From Gordius albopunctatus (Eukaryota): DNA of 64,000 nt. A program made the position numbers and the translations under genes. The DNA lies in contig OZ193910.1 of assembly GCA_964276515.1 (NCBI GenBank), forward strand, positions 3,162,001 to 3,226,000. Direction: 5' to 3'. The notes under the pieces were generated by a model that did not search any database, was not told the DNA's origin, and saw only the letters and a program-made list of their open reading frames with translations. Every line of letters starts with the position of its first letter. Position 1 is the first letter of the stretch. Shown here one piece after another: positions 41,822 through 53,732 of this stretch.

Positions 41822-44275
41822 TCTTCTTCTTTATCAGTTATTTGGTCCCACATTGGTGGGGTTTGTTTTGATAAGTTTCTTCCATCTTGACCGGGTTAGT
41901 GCCATGCCTTGACGAATCTCTTTAGTTTCCATAACTTTATCGACTTGCCCTTTCCATGTGACACGGGGTCGTCCTCTTCCTCTCTTCCCCGGTATTTTCA
42001 TGTCTAGCACTTTTCGATTTACGTCATCCGGGTCCCTTCTTAGTATATGCCCATACCACCTTAGCCGATTTTCGTTAATCATGTCCGCCATAGGTTGAAT
42101 ACCCATTTTTGTCATGAGAAAGTCATTCGTCATATGGTCGAGCTTAGTATACCCCAAGCTCCACCCTATCATTCTCATCTCTGTGGCTTGTAATAGCTTT
42201 AATTCCGTGGTGTTTAATGCCCATGTTTCACTTCCATAGAGTAACACCGGTCTTACGATGGATTTTTAAGCTTTGATCTTCAACCATATAGGCATTTTCT
42301 TGTCGCACATTACACCGGATATACTTCGCCATTTAAGCCATCCTTTTTGGATCCGGGCATCGACTTCCGTTGCGCAACCTCCCTCTTGATGTAGCATCGA
42401 GCCGAGGTATGTGAACCTGTCTACTTTTGGGCACTTTAGATGGTCATCCAGCGATGGGGTGCCTGTACCGTTCATTTCCATGTATACCGTTTTTCTATCG
42501 TTGACCTTTAAACCATATTCAGCTAATCGCTTTGACCATTTTTCGGCTTCTTCGAATACTTTCTCTCTTGTTTACTCGCATAGTACTATATCATCGGCAT
42601 ATAGCATACACCATGGCGAAGGCTTTTGAACGTCCCTCGTTATCATGTCTATAATTATATTAAATAAAAATGGACTTAAAGCAGAGCCTTGATGTAATCC
42701 AATATTAACCCGAAAAGGTTTAGAGTCTCCAACTGTCGTCCTTCTTCACGACATCCGAGCAATGCTTCCATAGGTATTCCATCTGGACCATTTGCTTTTT
42801 CTTTTTGCATCTTGTTCATTTGTGTCCTAACTTCATCCTCCTGAAAGAGTTCGACCATACTTATATTTGGCTCAATTTCGGGAAGAGAATCCTTGTCATT
42901 TGCAATATTCATAAGTTTCTTAAAATATCCTTTCCACCTTTCCATTACCTCTTTTGGCTTGAATAAGGTTTGACCCTTTTCGCTTTTAACTATTTTAAGA
43001 ACTCCGACATCGCGACTTTTCTTCTCCCTTATCTTGGCCAATTTGTACATAAGCCTATTGCCCCCTTTATGATCCAGTTTGTTTGCCATCTCGGTGTACG
43101 CAGCATTCTTCGCTTTTGCAACGACATTTTTTGCGGCCCTCTTTGCGTCCCTGTACTCTTGATAATCCTCCGACTTTTTTGATTTATGCCACCGTCTATA
43201 TAGATTTTTCTTTAATTTGATGAAATCTTTTACCGATTGATCCCACCACCATAGTTCCCTATTCATAGCTTTGCCTCCTTTGGTCTGTCCTAGAACACAA
43301 ATCGCTGTTTCCTTAATGTCCTTAGATAGCGTTTCCCAATCTTTGTCTACGTCCCTTTGCAACTTCCTTGCACCCAAGAGTGAGGAGGCTTTTTGATGGT
43401 ATTCTTTGTTCGTCGATGTATCCTTTAGCCTTTCGTATCGAATTCGAGGTTCATATACCTTTCTTTTTTCAGGAAATACTCTTCTGTCAAGATCCATAAC
43501 AAGGGGACGATGTTGCCTGGCGATTTCTTCTCCCGGTATTACTTTGCAATCCTTGATACTCCATAAGTCCTTTCGCCGTATATGCAAATAGTCGATTTGA
43601 GTAAAATGCTTCCCACTTCTATAGGTCACAATATGATCTTCGCGCTTTTGAAAATAGGTGTTAACGATCGCCATGTCATATGCTAGGGATACTTGGAGCA
43701 GTTTTTCCCCTTCTTTGTTCTTCAGACCATGCCCATAGCCTCCATGATTGCGTTCATACCCGAGGCGATCTTTCCCAACGTGAGCGTTGAAATCTGCCCC
43801 AATAATTAGCCTTTCTTCCTGTCCTATTCCTTGTATTTCCTTTTCCAATGAATCGAAGAATATGTCTTTCTCTGATTCCAAACATCCAATTTGGGGGGGG
43901 GGACATACGCGCACATAATGGTTAGGAGGCCTCCTAGATCTGCAATCTTCACCCACATTAGCCTGTCGGAACAACGCTGGACTTCCACCACCTTGTCCTT
44001 GAACGATTCGCTTAGAACGATACCGACCCCGTTTCTACGATTTGATGACCCACTGTAGAAAGGCTTGTATCCTTCTCCTAAATCGCGAGCTTTCGTTCCG
44101 TTCTACCTCGTCTCTTGTAGGCAGGCGATGTGTACCTTTCTTCTTTTTAGCATCTGTGCGACCTCGATGCTCTTCCCCGTTAACGTTCCCACATTCCAGC
44201 ACGTAATTCGCATTCTTTTCACAACTAGTTTCCTTAACCGCCTTCGTTGTGAGTTAGGCAGTAACTCTAGTGTAT
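41822..44275 (-). mobile_element. RTE-clade LINE, decayed, with internal deletion
   Basis: APE motifs WNVGTL, CLQETR, IGADFNAHVG and TQIDY; RT motifs GLHQGSALSP and PWCMLYADD (~42590-42616); C-terminal LLYGSETW, RLRWYGH and GKRGRGRPR; (AAG)n tail at 41822-41831. Several frameshifts. Confidence 0.95.
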
Positions 44276-45410
44276 TTCAGAATTTATCCCTTTTTTAAAA
44301 CTAAAAGGAATTTTAGGAATCTGCAAAAGCTATTAATTTAAATATTATTTATTTAATTTAAATAGTTTGTCAAACCCCAATAATTTTGACCTTAGACTGT
44401 AACATTTTTATTATACCTTCAAATATCTAATTCGAGAAAACTTCAGCCTTGTATGTATGACGTCATTATTGTATATGCTGCTATAAATTAAACTGGCCGG
44501 GAAATGTCCGATATTTTTAAAACGAAAAGGTATTTTAGGAATCTGAAAAAGCTATTTTACCCCTGGCCGCCCTGGGAACCTACGGGTAAAGTTTCGAGCG
44601 AATTGGGCCGGTAGTTTCAGAATTTATCCCTTTTTTAAAACTAAAAGGAATTTTAGGATTCTGCAAAAGCTATTAATTTAAATTTTATTTATTTAATTTA
44701 AATAGTTGATTAAACCCTAATAATTTTGACCATAAACTGTTTATACTTTTAAATATCTAATTCGAGAAAACTTCAGCCTTTAATGTATGACGTCATTATT
44801 GTATATGCTGCTATAAATTAAACTGGCCGGGAAATGTCTTATATTTTTAAAATGAAAAGGTATTTTAGGAATCTGAAAAAGCTATTTTACCCCTGGCATT
44901 CCTGGGCATCTACGGCTAAATTTTTGAGCGAATTGGGCCGGTAGTTTCAGAATTTATCCCTTTTTTAAAACTAAAAGGAATTTTAGGATTCTGCAAAAGC
45001 TATTAATTTAAATTTTATTTATTTAATTTAAATAGTTGATTAAACCCCAATAATTTTGACCATATACTGTTTATACTTTTAAATATCTAATTCGGGAAAA
45101 CTTCAGCCTTTAATGTATGACGTCATTATTGTATATGCTGCTATAAATTAAACTGCCCGGGAAATGTCCGATATTTTTAAAATGAAAAGGTATTTTAGGA
45201 ATCTGAAAAAGCTATTTTACCCCTGGCATTCCTGGGCATCTACGGCTAAATTTTCGCGCGAATCGGGCGGGTAGTTTTAGAATTAAGCCATTTTTTAAAA
45301 CTAAAAGGAATTTTAGGATTCTGAAAAAGCTATTTTACCCCTGGCCGCCCTGGGAACCTACGTGTAAAGTTTCGCGCCAATCGGGCCCGTAGTTTCAGAA
45401 TTTAGCCCTT
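44275..45410 (+). repeat. ~331-340-bp tandem repeat (~3.4 units) with internal sub-repeats
   Basis: ttt(c/t)agaatt..ttttttaaaactaaaaggaattttagg recurs at ~44275, 44615, 44946 and 45277. Confidence 0.9.
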
Positions 45411-45597
45411 ACTTACACACATAAATAATTTTGTACTAGAACCCATCACTTGATACCTAAATTGCCTGCCAAAGCTAGCCAAAACCTTTTAATTGACCAA
45501 TTCACTAATGCCGTCCAAACAGCCAGGCAAAAATGACGATTTTAAATTTCAAGAATTTATTTTGTTTCAAAAATTTTTGATCTAATTCTAGATTTGT

Positions 45598-46768
45598 TTT
45601 TACTGTAAATTCACAAATAGCGACTAAATAAATTCTCTATATTTTTTCCCCTTAAATATCAAAGCCAGAACAAATATTACGCCAAAATAAAGTAAATAAA
45701 AATTAAAGAAAAGCCTATTAAGTCCGAATACTCTTGAGGTGCCCGCCTGACTATATACAAGCTGTCGGCAAGGCTCGGGGTTTTTTATGAGTCAAAGACG
45801 GCAATCGTATTTAACAAACATCTGTTACATAACTAATCCGACCAAATATTTATGTGGAATTCATGTTGAATTATTTAATTACATTTACCTTTAAATCTTA
45901 TAAAAAATTTTGCTAGCTAAAAAAATATGGATGTTAAAATAAATATATATTGCAGCCATTACATGCTTGAAAGCATGATTAGGGCTTAATAAATATACAA
46001 GTAATATTTGCCCCAAACCAAGCTTATTTGCTGGGTGCGAGCGATATATACATTGAAACGTTACATTTGATTGATATTATATTTTTCATTATAGATTTGA
46101 GAAATGATATTAATTCACTATATTAATGCTTAAAAATAAGCTCGGGTCGCAAATTGCCGGGCGCCATGTTTATGGCGTATATTAACATTTAATCCCTTTT
46201 AATTTTGTTATATAACTTATGAAGAAATAATTATTTAAGTTTCTCATTATTCCTTCTTCCATAGTGCATATTTATTAAGTCAATTAGATCACCATTTTGG
46301 ATGAGGTTTTTCAAAAATAAGGGACGAATTTTTTTTACTTACTAACAAAGATAAAGGCGATGAGGCTCCCAAAAAAATTTGTTCCGTTCGTGAAGCCCAG
46401 GTTTAAATTGCTACCCTTGGTTCAAAATGTCATAAACAAAGATGTTTTGAACGTTAAACTTTGGCAAGAATCTATGGCAAATCTTGAAGATGTTATTATA
46501 TTATTAACATTTTGAAAAAAATGACCATTGGCCAAATTTGTGATTCGAAATTTTTTTTTTCGTTTTTTTTTAAATTGGTTACCATTGATATTTACCCTAT
46601 GCCCGTCAGTCAAATTATTTTGCATTTAATACCCCCTATAGAGATTCTCGCCCATAAATTGCATAGCAAATATGCTACTTTTATACAGAGTATAGAAGAG
46701 TTCCCCCTTCCCTTCCCTTCCCCTACTCCCCTTCCCCTTACCACGAGGGCCGAAGGCCCGAGTTTTTT
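45598..46768 (+). mobile_element. Dispersed ~1.15-kb repeat, copy 2, with Helentron/HINE-like 3' end
   Basis: Direct repeat of 1122-2281. Ends in hairpin gggcc-gaa-ggccc followed by gagttttttt. Confidence 0.7.
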
Positions 46769-48033
46769 TAGTTTATAAAGATATATGTATGGTGTTTTTG
46801 TTATTAAAGGCAACTTTTTCCACCCTATCGATTGTTACCTTTGTGCATTTAAGTCAAATAAATAACCCATCCTTTAACATGTGGTTACAGTAGAAAAATG
46901 CAGCTTGCATGATTTCTACAAAATTATTTTTGTCCTGGTTTGTGATTCTTTGCCCCGAGTTCTTAAGGATGTTATAAACAATTTGATATACCACTTGACA
47001 TCACCTCACTCTCAGGTATTGTATTACACAATTTGTTTGGCGATTTCACTAAATACGGGTGATTTACTACGCTTACCTGACTTGATTAAAGATTCAAACA
47101 ATTGCTTTTGATTGTTCGATCACCTTGCAAATAAATAATCAAGATAGCTGAGGATGACAGTTTTCAAAATATAGATAATATAAGAAGTGATTAAGACTCC
47201 TCTGAAGTTTTAACGAGAGAAGTCAAGTATTTCAAGACTTTTTTATTACTATCGATATTTATTGGATATAGTGAGAAAGGCCAATAGTCTTAATCAAATT
47301 ATTGACAATGTTGATATAGAAGCAATTAGGAGAGGAAAATCGGGATTGCCATTAGAAGGTTTACAGGTATTTTACAAATTAAGATTACCAAGATATAATT
47401 AACAACCACCTCTTTGCTTTAAGAAGGCAAGCCTACCATTACCAACATATATATCTACAACATCTTTTACTTAATACTCATTCAATTTAGAAGACCCCAT
47501 TTAACCAAAATAGCTGATGATGATATATTGAATAACGATAGGAAAGTCAAATTAATCGCTTAATATCACTGGTCTACAAAAAAATAACCGGAAAACGTGC
47601 AACAGATTCCGATAGTTTTTTGTGGTGAACACAAATATTTTTTTCGTTTTTTCCCTATACGTCAAGTCTTTTAGATATTTCGATTCAAAGTTGAAAAAAT
47701 GACCGTTTTTGACCCTTTTCGATGCTCAATACAGCGATATTGAATGGCTAAAATTTTTTTTAAACCTCTAAGCGGTAGAACCAACTTAGGGTAAAACATT
47801 GAAAAATGATTTTTTCCCTATTGTTTTTACTTTTTAGGATATATCGAATTTGAATTAGTCCCTATGCGAAATCGCGGCATCCTTTGAGCCTCCCTCCCTC
47901 TCATCTAATTGGGTTTATAACACTATACTCTTGGTGCATGTGAGTGATTGATGGATGATGTTGGGGTGTAAGAGTAGTGCCGTAATACGAGCTATTCCTC
48001 TAGTAGAGCTAGAGAGGATGACAGGCGTAGCAG

Positions 48034-48228
48034 TAGAGTCGCTAACTTTCTTCAAACTCCAGACGCGAGCACGCACACTGAGTTGCTTAATATGCGCGTT
48101 AGCACAATATGCGCTCTCTGTTTGGTGCACTAGGTAGAACATTAGCATATAAAAATTCTCGAGGACCGAGTAGAAACTCGAGCAGATGGTAGCTGGAGTT
48201 GAAGAAAGTTAGCAATTTAACAACTCTA
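48034..48228. mobile_element. hAT-type MITE, copy 1
   Basis: TIR TAGAGT...ACTCTA with a small deletion in the left TIR. Perfect 8-bp TSD CGTAGCAG (48026-48033 / 48229-48236). Confidence 0.9.
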
Positions 48229-48310
48229 CGTAGCAGTAGGAATAGTTCGTATTAAGCCACTACTCTTGCACCCACCACACTCATCAATCACTTACATTAC
48301 ATGCAATAAG

Positions 48311-48513
48311 TAGAGTTGTTAAATTGCTAACTTGCTTCAAACTCCAGACGCGAGCACGCATACTGGGTTGCTTAATATGCGCGGTAGCACAATGTGTGCT
48401 CGCTGTTCGGTGCACTAAGCAGAGCAGTAGCATATAAAAATGCTCGAGGACCGAGCAGAAACTCGAGCAGATGGTAGCTGGAGTTGAAGAAAGTTAGCAA
48501 TTTAACAACTCTA
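48311..48513. mobile_element. hAT-type MITE, copy 2 (203 bp)
   Basis: TIR TAGAGTTGTTAAATTGCTAACTT. Perfect 8-bp TSD GCAATAAG (48303-48310 / 48514-48521). Confidence 0.92.
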
Positions 48514-50366
48514 GCAATAAGGGTATAGTGTCAGATAGAGAGGGAGGGAGGCTCAAAGGAAGCCGCGATTTCGCATAGGGACTAATTGCATTTTTGTTAT
48601 ATATTAAAAAGTAAAAACAATAGGAAAAAAAATCATTTTTCAATGCTTTACCCTAAGTTGGTTCTACCGCTTAGAGGTTTAAAAAAAATTTTAGCCATTC
48701 AATATCGCTGTATTGAGCATCGAAAAGGGTCAAAAACGGTCATTTTTTCAACTTTGAATCGAAATATCTAAAAGACTTGACGTATAGGAAAAAAACGAAA
48801 AACATATTTGTGTTCACCAAAAAAAACTCTATCGGAATATGTGGACCGTTTCCCGGTCATTTACACAAGACCATTATTTGTTGACTAGTGTATTTAAAAC
48901 TTGGCTAAACAAACATTATGCGCCCAGTTTTTGTATGAAGAGCTCTACTCTTACTTCTTCAGTTATAACAAAAATTCCAATAATTCCCTGGCTGTAATGC
49001 ATTTACAACAAGCGAACCGCATCAAACATCACCCCCTAATTATACTATCACAAGCCTATTATCGGGTACTAAAAAATTATGGGTGCACCTAAAATGGAAG
49101 TTTTTAATGAGTGCCTTTCTTATAGTTCAAATATTACTTCCAGACTCTAATTTCAAGAGCAAAATTACACATAAAAAACATTCTCAGTGATGATAAATTT
49201 CCTTTAGACAATCAAGATTGGTATCGAAATCGAAGGAGACAATACGATAATAGAGGTTAGATTAATTTTTGTCAATAAAAGCACGCGTTAATTAAAGCAC
49301 GTGGACGGAGAAGTTCTTCTTTAATAAGGTTTTGGTACCAATACACAATTTTGAAAAGAAGTGGATGTTGCGGTCTTATACCCGCTATCAATGGCTCTTT
49401 TGGTTAAAGAATTTTTGGTTTAAATACTAAAAGCAAAATCACCTCTGATTTAAACATATCAAACCATCAGCTGATAAAGTCGATTTCAATTTCTAAGATC
49501 TTGTTTGGGGGAAATAAATATATGAGGCTCCAGCTGATGTAAAATTTAAGTTCGACCCCCCAATGAAAAATAAGGTGCCCTATCAACTCGCCGAATTTAA
49601 TGTCCCCCGGGGAAAAAAGGTCCCCTAATTTAAAATCGTCCCCCATTCAACCAATCACAAAATGTCCCAGGTGAATTCGGCGAGATTGTTTTCGACAAGT
49701 TGACGGGCCACCGAAAAATGCTAGATACGCCACTGCTAGGTTTAAAAAACAATATGGATCAAGCTAATATTGAAGAAGCCATTGCAAATATGTAAAGGTC
49801 GCCAAAGTAATTGTTAAATTTGTAACTTTTATTAAGTATTTTATAGGTTCAATAGATCAAAGCATCTTGGTAAGATGCATAATTTTGTCATATTTACATT
49901 AGGAGGCATAATATAAAATAAATAACATTATTTCCTTCTCCGCTATTTCGTATTATTATTAAAATAAATGAAATTGGAGAGCGAAAATCTGCTCAATTAT
50001 GTCTTATATATATGCTAGAGCTAGAAGGTATGGCTAGAGAAGAAAAAGTATCTTGCATAGACAATTATAATCAGATTAAGGAAAAATTTGATACAGACAA
50101 TATATGGGGTATAAAGGTAGATAAAGAAACACTAAATCAATGGCTGAAGGTTTTGTTGATGATGAACCGAACCAACTTCATAGCAATCATCAGACAGAGA
50201 TATAAATGGAGGTAATTGGCAGTATTAGTCTTGAGGAATAAAATAGCGACGCATTTTGATGCTAGTCAATTTGTCGATGATATATCTCCAGACAACTTTA
50301 AAGAGGATAACGCGTAAAGAATCGTATTGGCGAGTAAAAAAGGGTTCCCGATAAGTTAAATAAAAT

Positions 50367-50950
50367 AAACTCGGGCCTTCGGCCCTCGTGGGAAGGGGGA
50401 AGGGAAGGGGGGAGAGGAAGGAGGAAAGGGAAGGGGGAACGAAACTCATCTATACTCCGTATAAACGAAGCATATTTGCTATGCAATTTATGGGCGAGAA
50501 AGGTCGGAAGGGGCAGAAATGCCTATAGAATGGTATTAAATGCAAAATGATTAGTTAATTATTAATACAAATTTTCCATTTAATTAAAAAAAATTGCCCT
50601 CGCCGGGATTCGAATCACATCAGTAGAGGCATAGGCCCTTGTAGGGGAGGGCATAGGGTAATTATCAATGTTAACCTATTCAAAAAGGAAAAACGAAAAA
50701 TTAGGATTTATTTGGCCAATGTTCATTTTTTCATTGGTCAGTAGCCAGCGGACGGTCAAAAAGTCATATTATCAATGGTATTAACAAGAATAAAATATTA
50801 AATTAATTAAAAAAATAAAAAAAATTGTCCTCTCCGGGTTTCGAACCCGCAACCTCCAGGTCGGGAAGCTGGTGTAAATAACTTGGTGGACGACGAACGG
50901 ACGGACGACGGACAACCAAAAACGAGCCCATAAATTGCATATCAATTAAT
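50367..50950 (-). mobile_element. Near-complete Helentron/HINE(DINE-1)-like non-autonomous element
   Basis: Asymmetric ~20-bp subterminal inverted repeats (ttgctatgcaatttatgggc ~50477; gcccataaattgcatatcaa ~50926). GC hairpin gggccttcggccc at ~50373-50385 next to an A/T-run end. No TSD seen. Confidence 0.65.
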
Positions 50951-52560
50951 AATACATCCGTTAAACGACATACTTTAAGGATTTGGCTCAGGAAACCTCA
51001 ATTTAAAAGCAATGTCATTGGTGCTGAAAAAGCTAAATTTGCTGTTTTAAACTTACTTAGCGGTGATAAGTTAGGATATAAATCAGATAAATATAAATAT
51101 ACTAAACAAAAACGATGATATGGTAGTAAGCTGTAAAACTTAATTAATTAAGAAACGATTAGATTTGAAGCTAGGTCTTTAAGAAACTTTTAGAAATAGA
51201 ACTAAGCGCAAGGCTAAGGATTACAAAAATTATAAAGTTAACAAGGAACAGAAATGTCTTAAAAAGGTATCTTATGTAACTACCCACTAGAAAATATGTA
51301 TAGTTTTTAATCTTAAAAAAGAATAGACAAATTCCTAAGAAATCACGGGTAAAATTAAAGCTAAAGAGACCACAGCAAATGGAAGATCAAACTCTTATGA
51401 TGTCAGCTATACAAGTATGGAAATAAATTCTACTGGTTCAAAATTCCAACCATAGTGGCTTTAATTTTTAAGAATGTTGATATGGAAACAATTACCCCTA
51501 ATTACTTTATCGCTAAGTTTTCCATTATATTATTCTTTAAAGAAAATTAATGGGACATTAGTACAATTATCGACGTATCGTTCTTAATTTATAACAAAGT
51601 TGATTCTTTCAACGTATAATGGGTCTTTTAAAAAGAATTTCTTAATATTATTTAATTTGAAAACAATCATTTAAAATTAAATTAAAACCAAAAGTTTTAT
51701 GCCTTATTTAATTTTTAGTTTATAAGTTTTAAAACAATTTCGGTGCACATCATCCATTTCAAGATCCATAACAAGTGGAGGATGCTGTATAAAATTTTTT
51801 TTCCCCTATTTTACTGTGAAATTTTTAATCCTCCATAAATCCTTTGCGATATACAGTCGTGTAAATAAGGATTTTTTATGAAAAACAAAATTATTTTAGA
51901 TCTAAAGTTTATATTTTATAGTTGTGCAACGTAACTGACCAAGTTTTCTTTATGTTTTATACCAGATTTTATAATTTTGATATTGAAATAAAAATGTTAC
52001 AAATTTTTTTTGTAAATTCCCCCCCCCCCCGGGAGAAAATCCTGGCGATATAATCAGATCGTAAATTTATCTAATATTAATTCCATTCCAATCAGGATGT
52101 GATCTTTGCGCTTTTTAAGTAGGTTTGTTTAAGTTTCTCTACTTTCTTGTTCTCTAGATCATGCGCATGTTTTCGGTGTTAGCGTTCATAGATGTGCACG
52201 TGGTCTTTGGAGTCTGCCCCTAAATTTAGACTTTCCTCCTGTCGTTTTCCTTATCTCATAAAAAATAGAAGAAAATGACCCATTCATTTTACATCATAGG
52301 CTTATAAGACTGCTTACCCCCATTTAAAAAGTGTTTCAAATAAAAGACTTATAATTATATTGGCGAAGTCCTGTATAATGTATATCCATTTTGACAAACC
52401 ATTTATAATATTATCAGCTCAAGCCTTTTATAATAATTAAAAGGCAATTTGGAAATAAAATTTATTTTTTGGCACCATCTATATTAGCTTATTTTCTAGA
52501 ATGAATTTGTTAAATTAACCCTAGAATGATTAAAATGGATTGCTACATATTATAAGTTAG

Positions 52561-52734
52561 CATGAGCGTAGCCATGTTTTGGATTAAAAGGGGTATGGAG
52601 CGAAACGTTTAAAAGTTCAATTAGGAGGGGGGGGGGGCAAAACATAATATTTTTGTAATTTTTAAGAGTTTTTGCATTAAATTTTTTTCTCGTCATTTAG
52701 GGCCGCCTCCCCCCCCCCTTTGGCTACGCCCATG
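52561..52734. mobile_element. hAT-type MITE (CATG.GCGTAGCC family)
   Basis: TIR catgagcgtagcc / ggctacgcccatg. Perfect 8-bp TSD TAAGTTAG. Confidence 0.88.
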
Positions 52735-52849
52735 TAAGTTAGAGATTATTGACCAATACAATCCATCACGATCATCAATGCTAGTGCATGAATATATATA
52801 GGGGTTAAGTAGAGTATTAGTCTATGGTTAATGTCGCCCAATTTGCGAG

Positions 52850-53190
52850 CTTGACTTCCACCACCTTGTCCTCGAACGATTCGCTTAGCACGACACTCAC
52901 CTGTTTCTACGATGTAGTTCTAGTTACCCATTGTAAAATGCTTGTAGTTCCCTTCTACCTCGTTTTTTATAGGGAGGTGATGTGTAACTTATTTTAGCAT
53001 TTATGCAACTTCAATCAATTTTCCGCGAAAGTACCCATATTTTAGGATACTTTCGCATCCTATCCACTACTGAGTCCCTTAACGTCCTTCGTTGTAAGTT
53101 AGACGGTAACTGTAGTGTATCGGCAGAAGTTGGCGGACGGAAGATAGGCAGTGCAGTGCGCCTTTCAAAGATGACTTCCTTCTATTAGGT
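52850..53190 (-). mobile_element. Older degenerate 5' fragment of the same RTE family
   Basis: acttccaccaccttgtcc(t/c)..aacgattcgcttag matches 43981-44015. Similarity continues through the equivalent of ~44270. Confidence 0.75.
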
Positions 53191-53732
53191 TTATATTTAA
53201 ATTGTCATCATTTTGGGATCAATTTTTACACGATTTCTGACTGACCTTAACCCTCAACTTTTAGCATAGGGATTTGGAAGTGTCGTTAGTAGTGTTGGAG
53301 CAAGCTTTATTTTGATGTGTTTTTTATTTACTATATGCGCATTTTTATTCCTGTAAAAATGTATATTCTTTATGTTTGGCGGATCATATAATCAATGCAT
53401 TTGAAACTTAAATAGATTTTTATAAATTTATTTTAAAAATCCAAATATATAAAAGTATTTTAACTCTGGAAATAATGGTAAGAAATTGAATATAACACTA
53501 TATACAATGTCGTATATTATGAACAAACTCAGATGTGCAAAATAATGACTAGAACAAATTTTTAGGAAATTATTTGTAGCACAAATATTATCTAAGGTAA
53601 ACTTTAACATGTTGTATCAAAATTCTAAGTTTATCAAATGTTATATACATTAAAGTTTAACTTTATTATTCCAACAAAATCGTTTAGCTATTCATGTAGT
53701 AGATTTCTAATTTTTGGCATATATTTTAAAAA

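Larger units (their letters stand above)
47570..48875. mobile_element. Foldback/palindromic non-autonomous element carrying two nested MITEs
   Basis: 47570-47925 is the reverse complement of ~48520-48875. 47935-48000 is the reverse complement of ~48238-48305. Confidence 0.85.

Noticed and set aside
46880..47560. Possible decayed retroelement coding sequence (also 48900-49300, 50012-50215 and 51000-51480)
   Set aside because: The composition looks coding-like, but there are many stops and no motif I can name with confidence.
48311..48513. Tc1/mariner MITE with TA target duplication
   Set aside because: The TA is part of the TIR. The 8-bp flanking duplications indicate hAT.
50820..50890. tRNA gene
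   Set aside because: Only a T-arm/B-box-like part is recognisable. I could not build a cloverleaf, and it lies inside a repeat.
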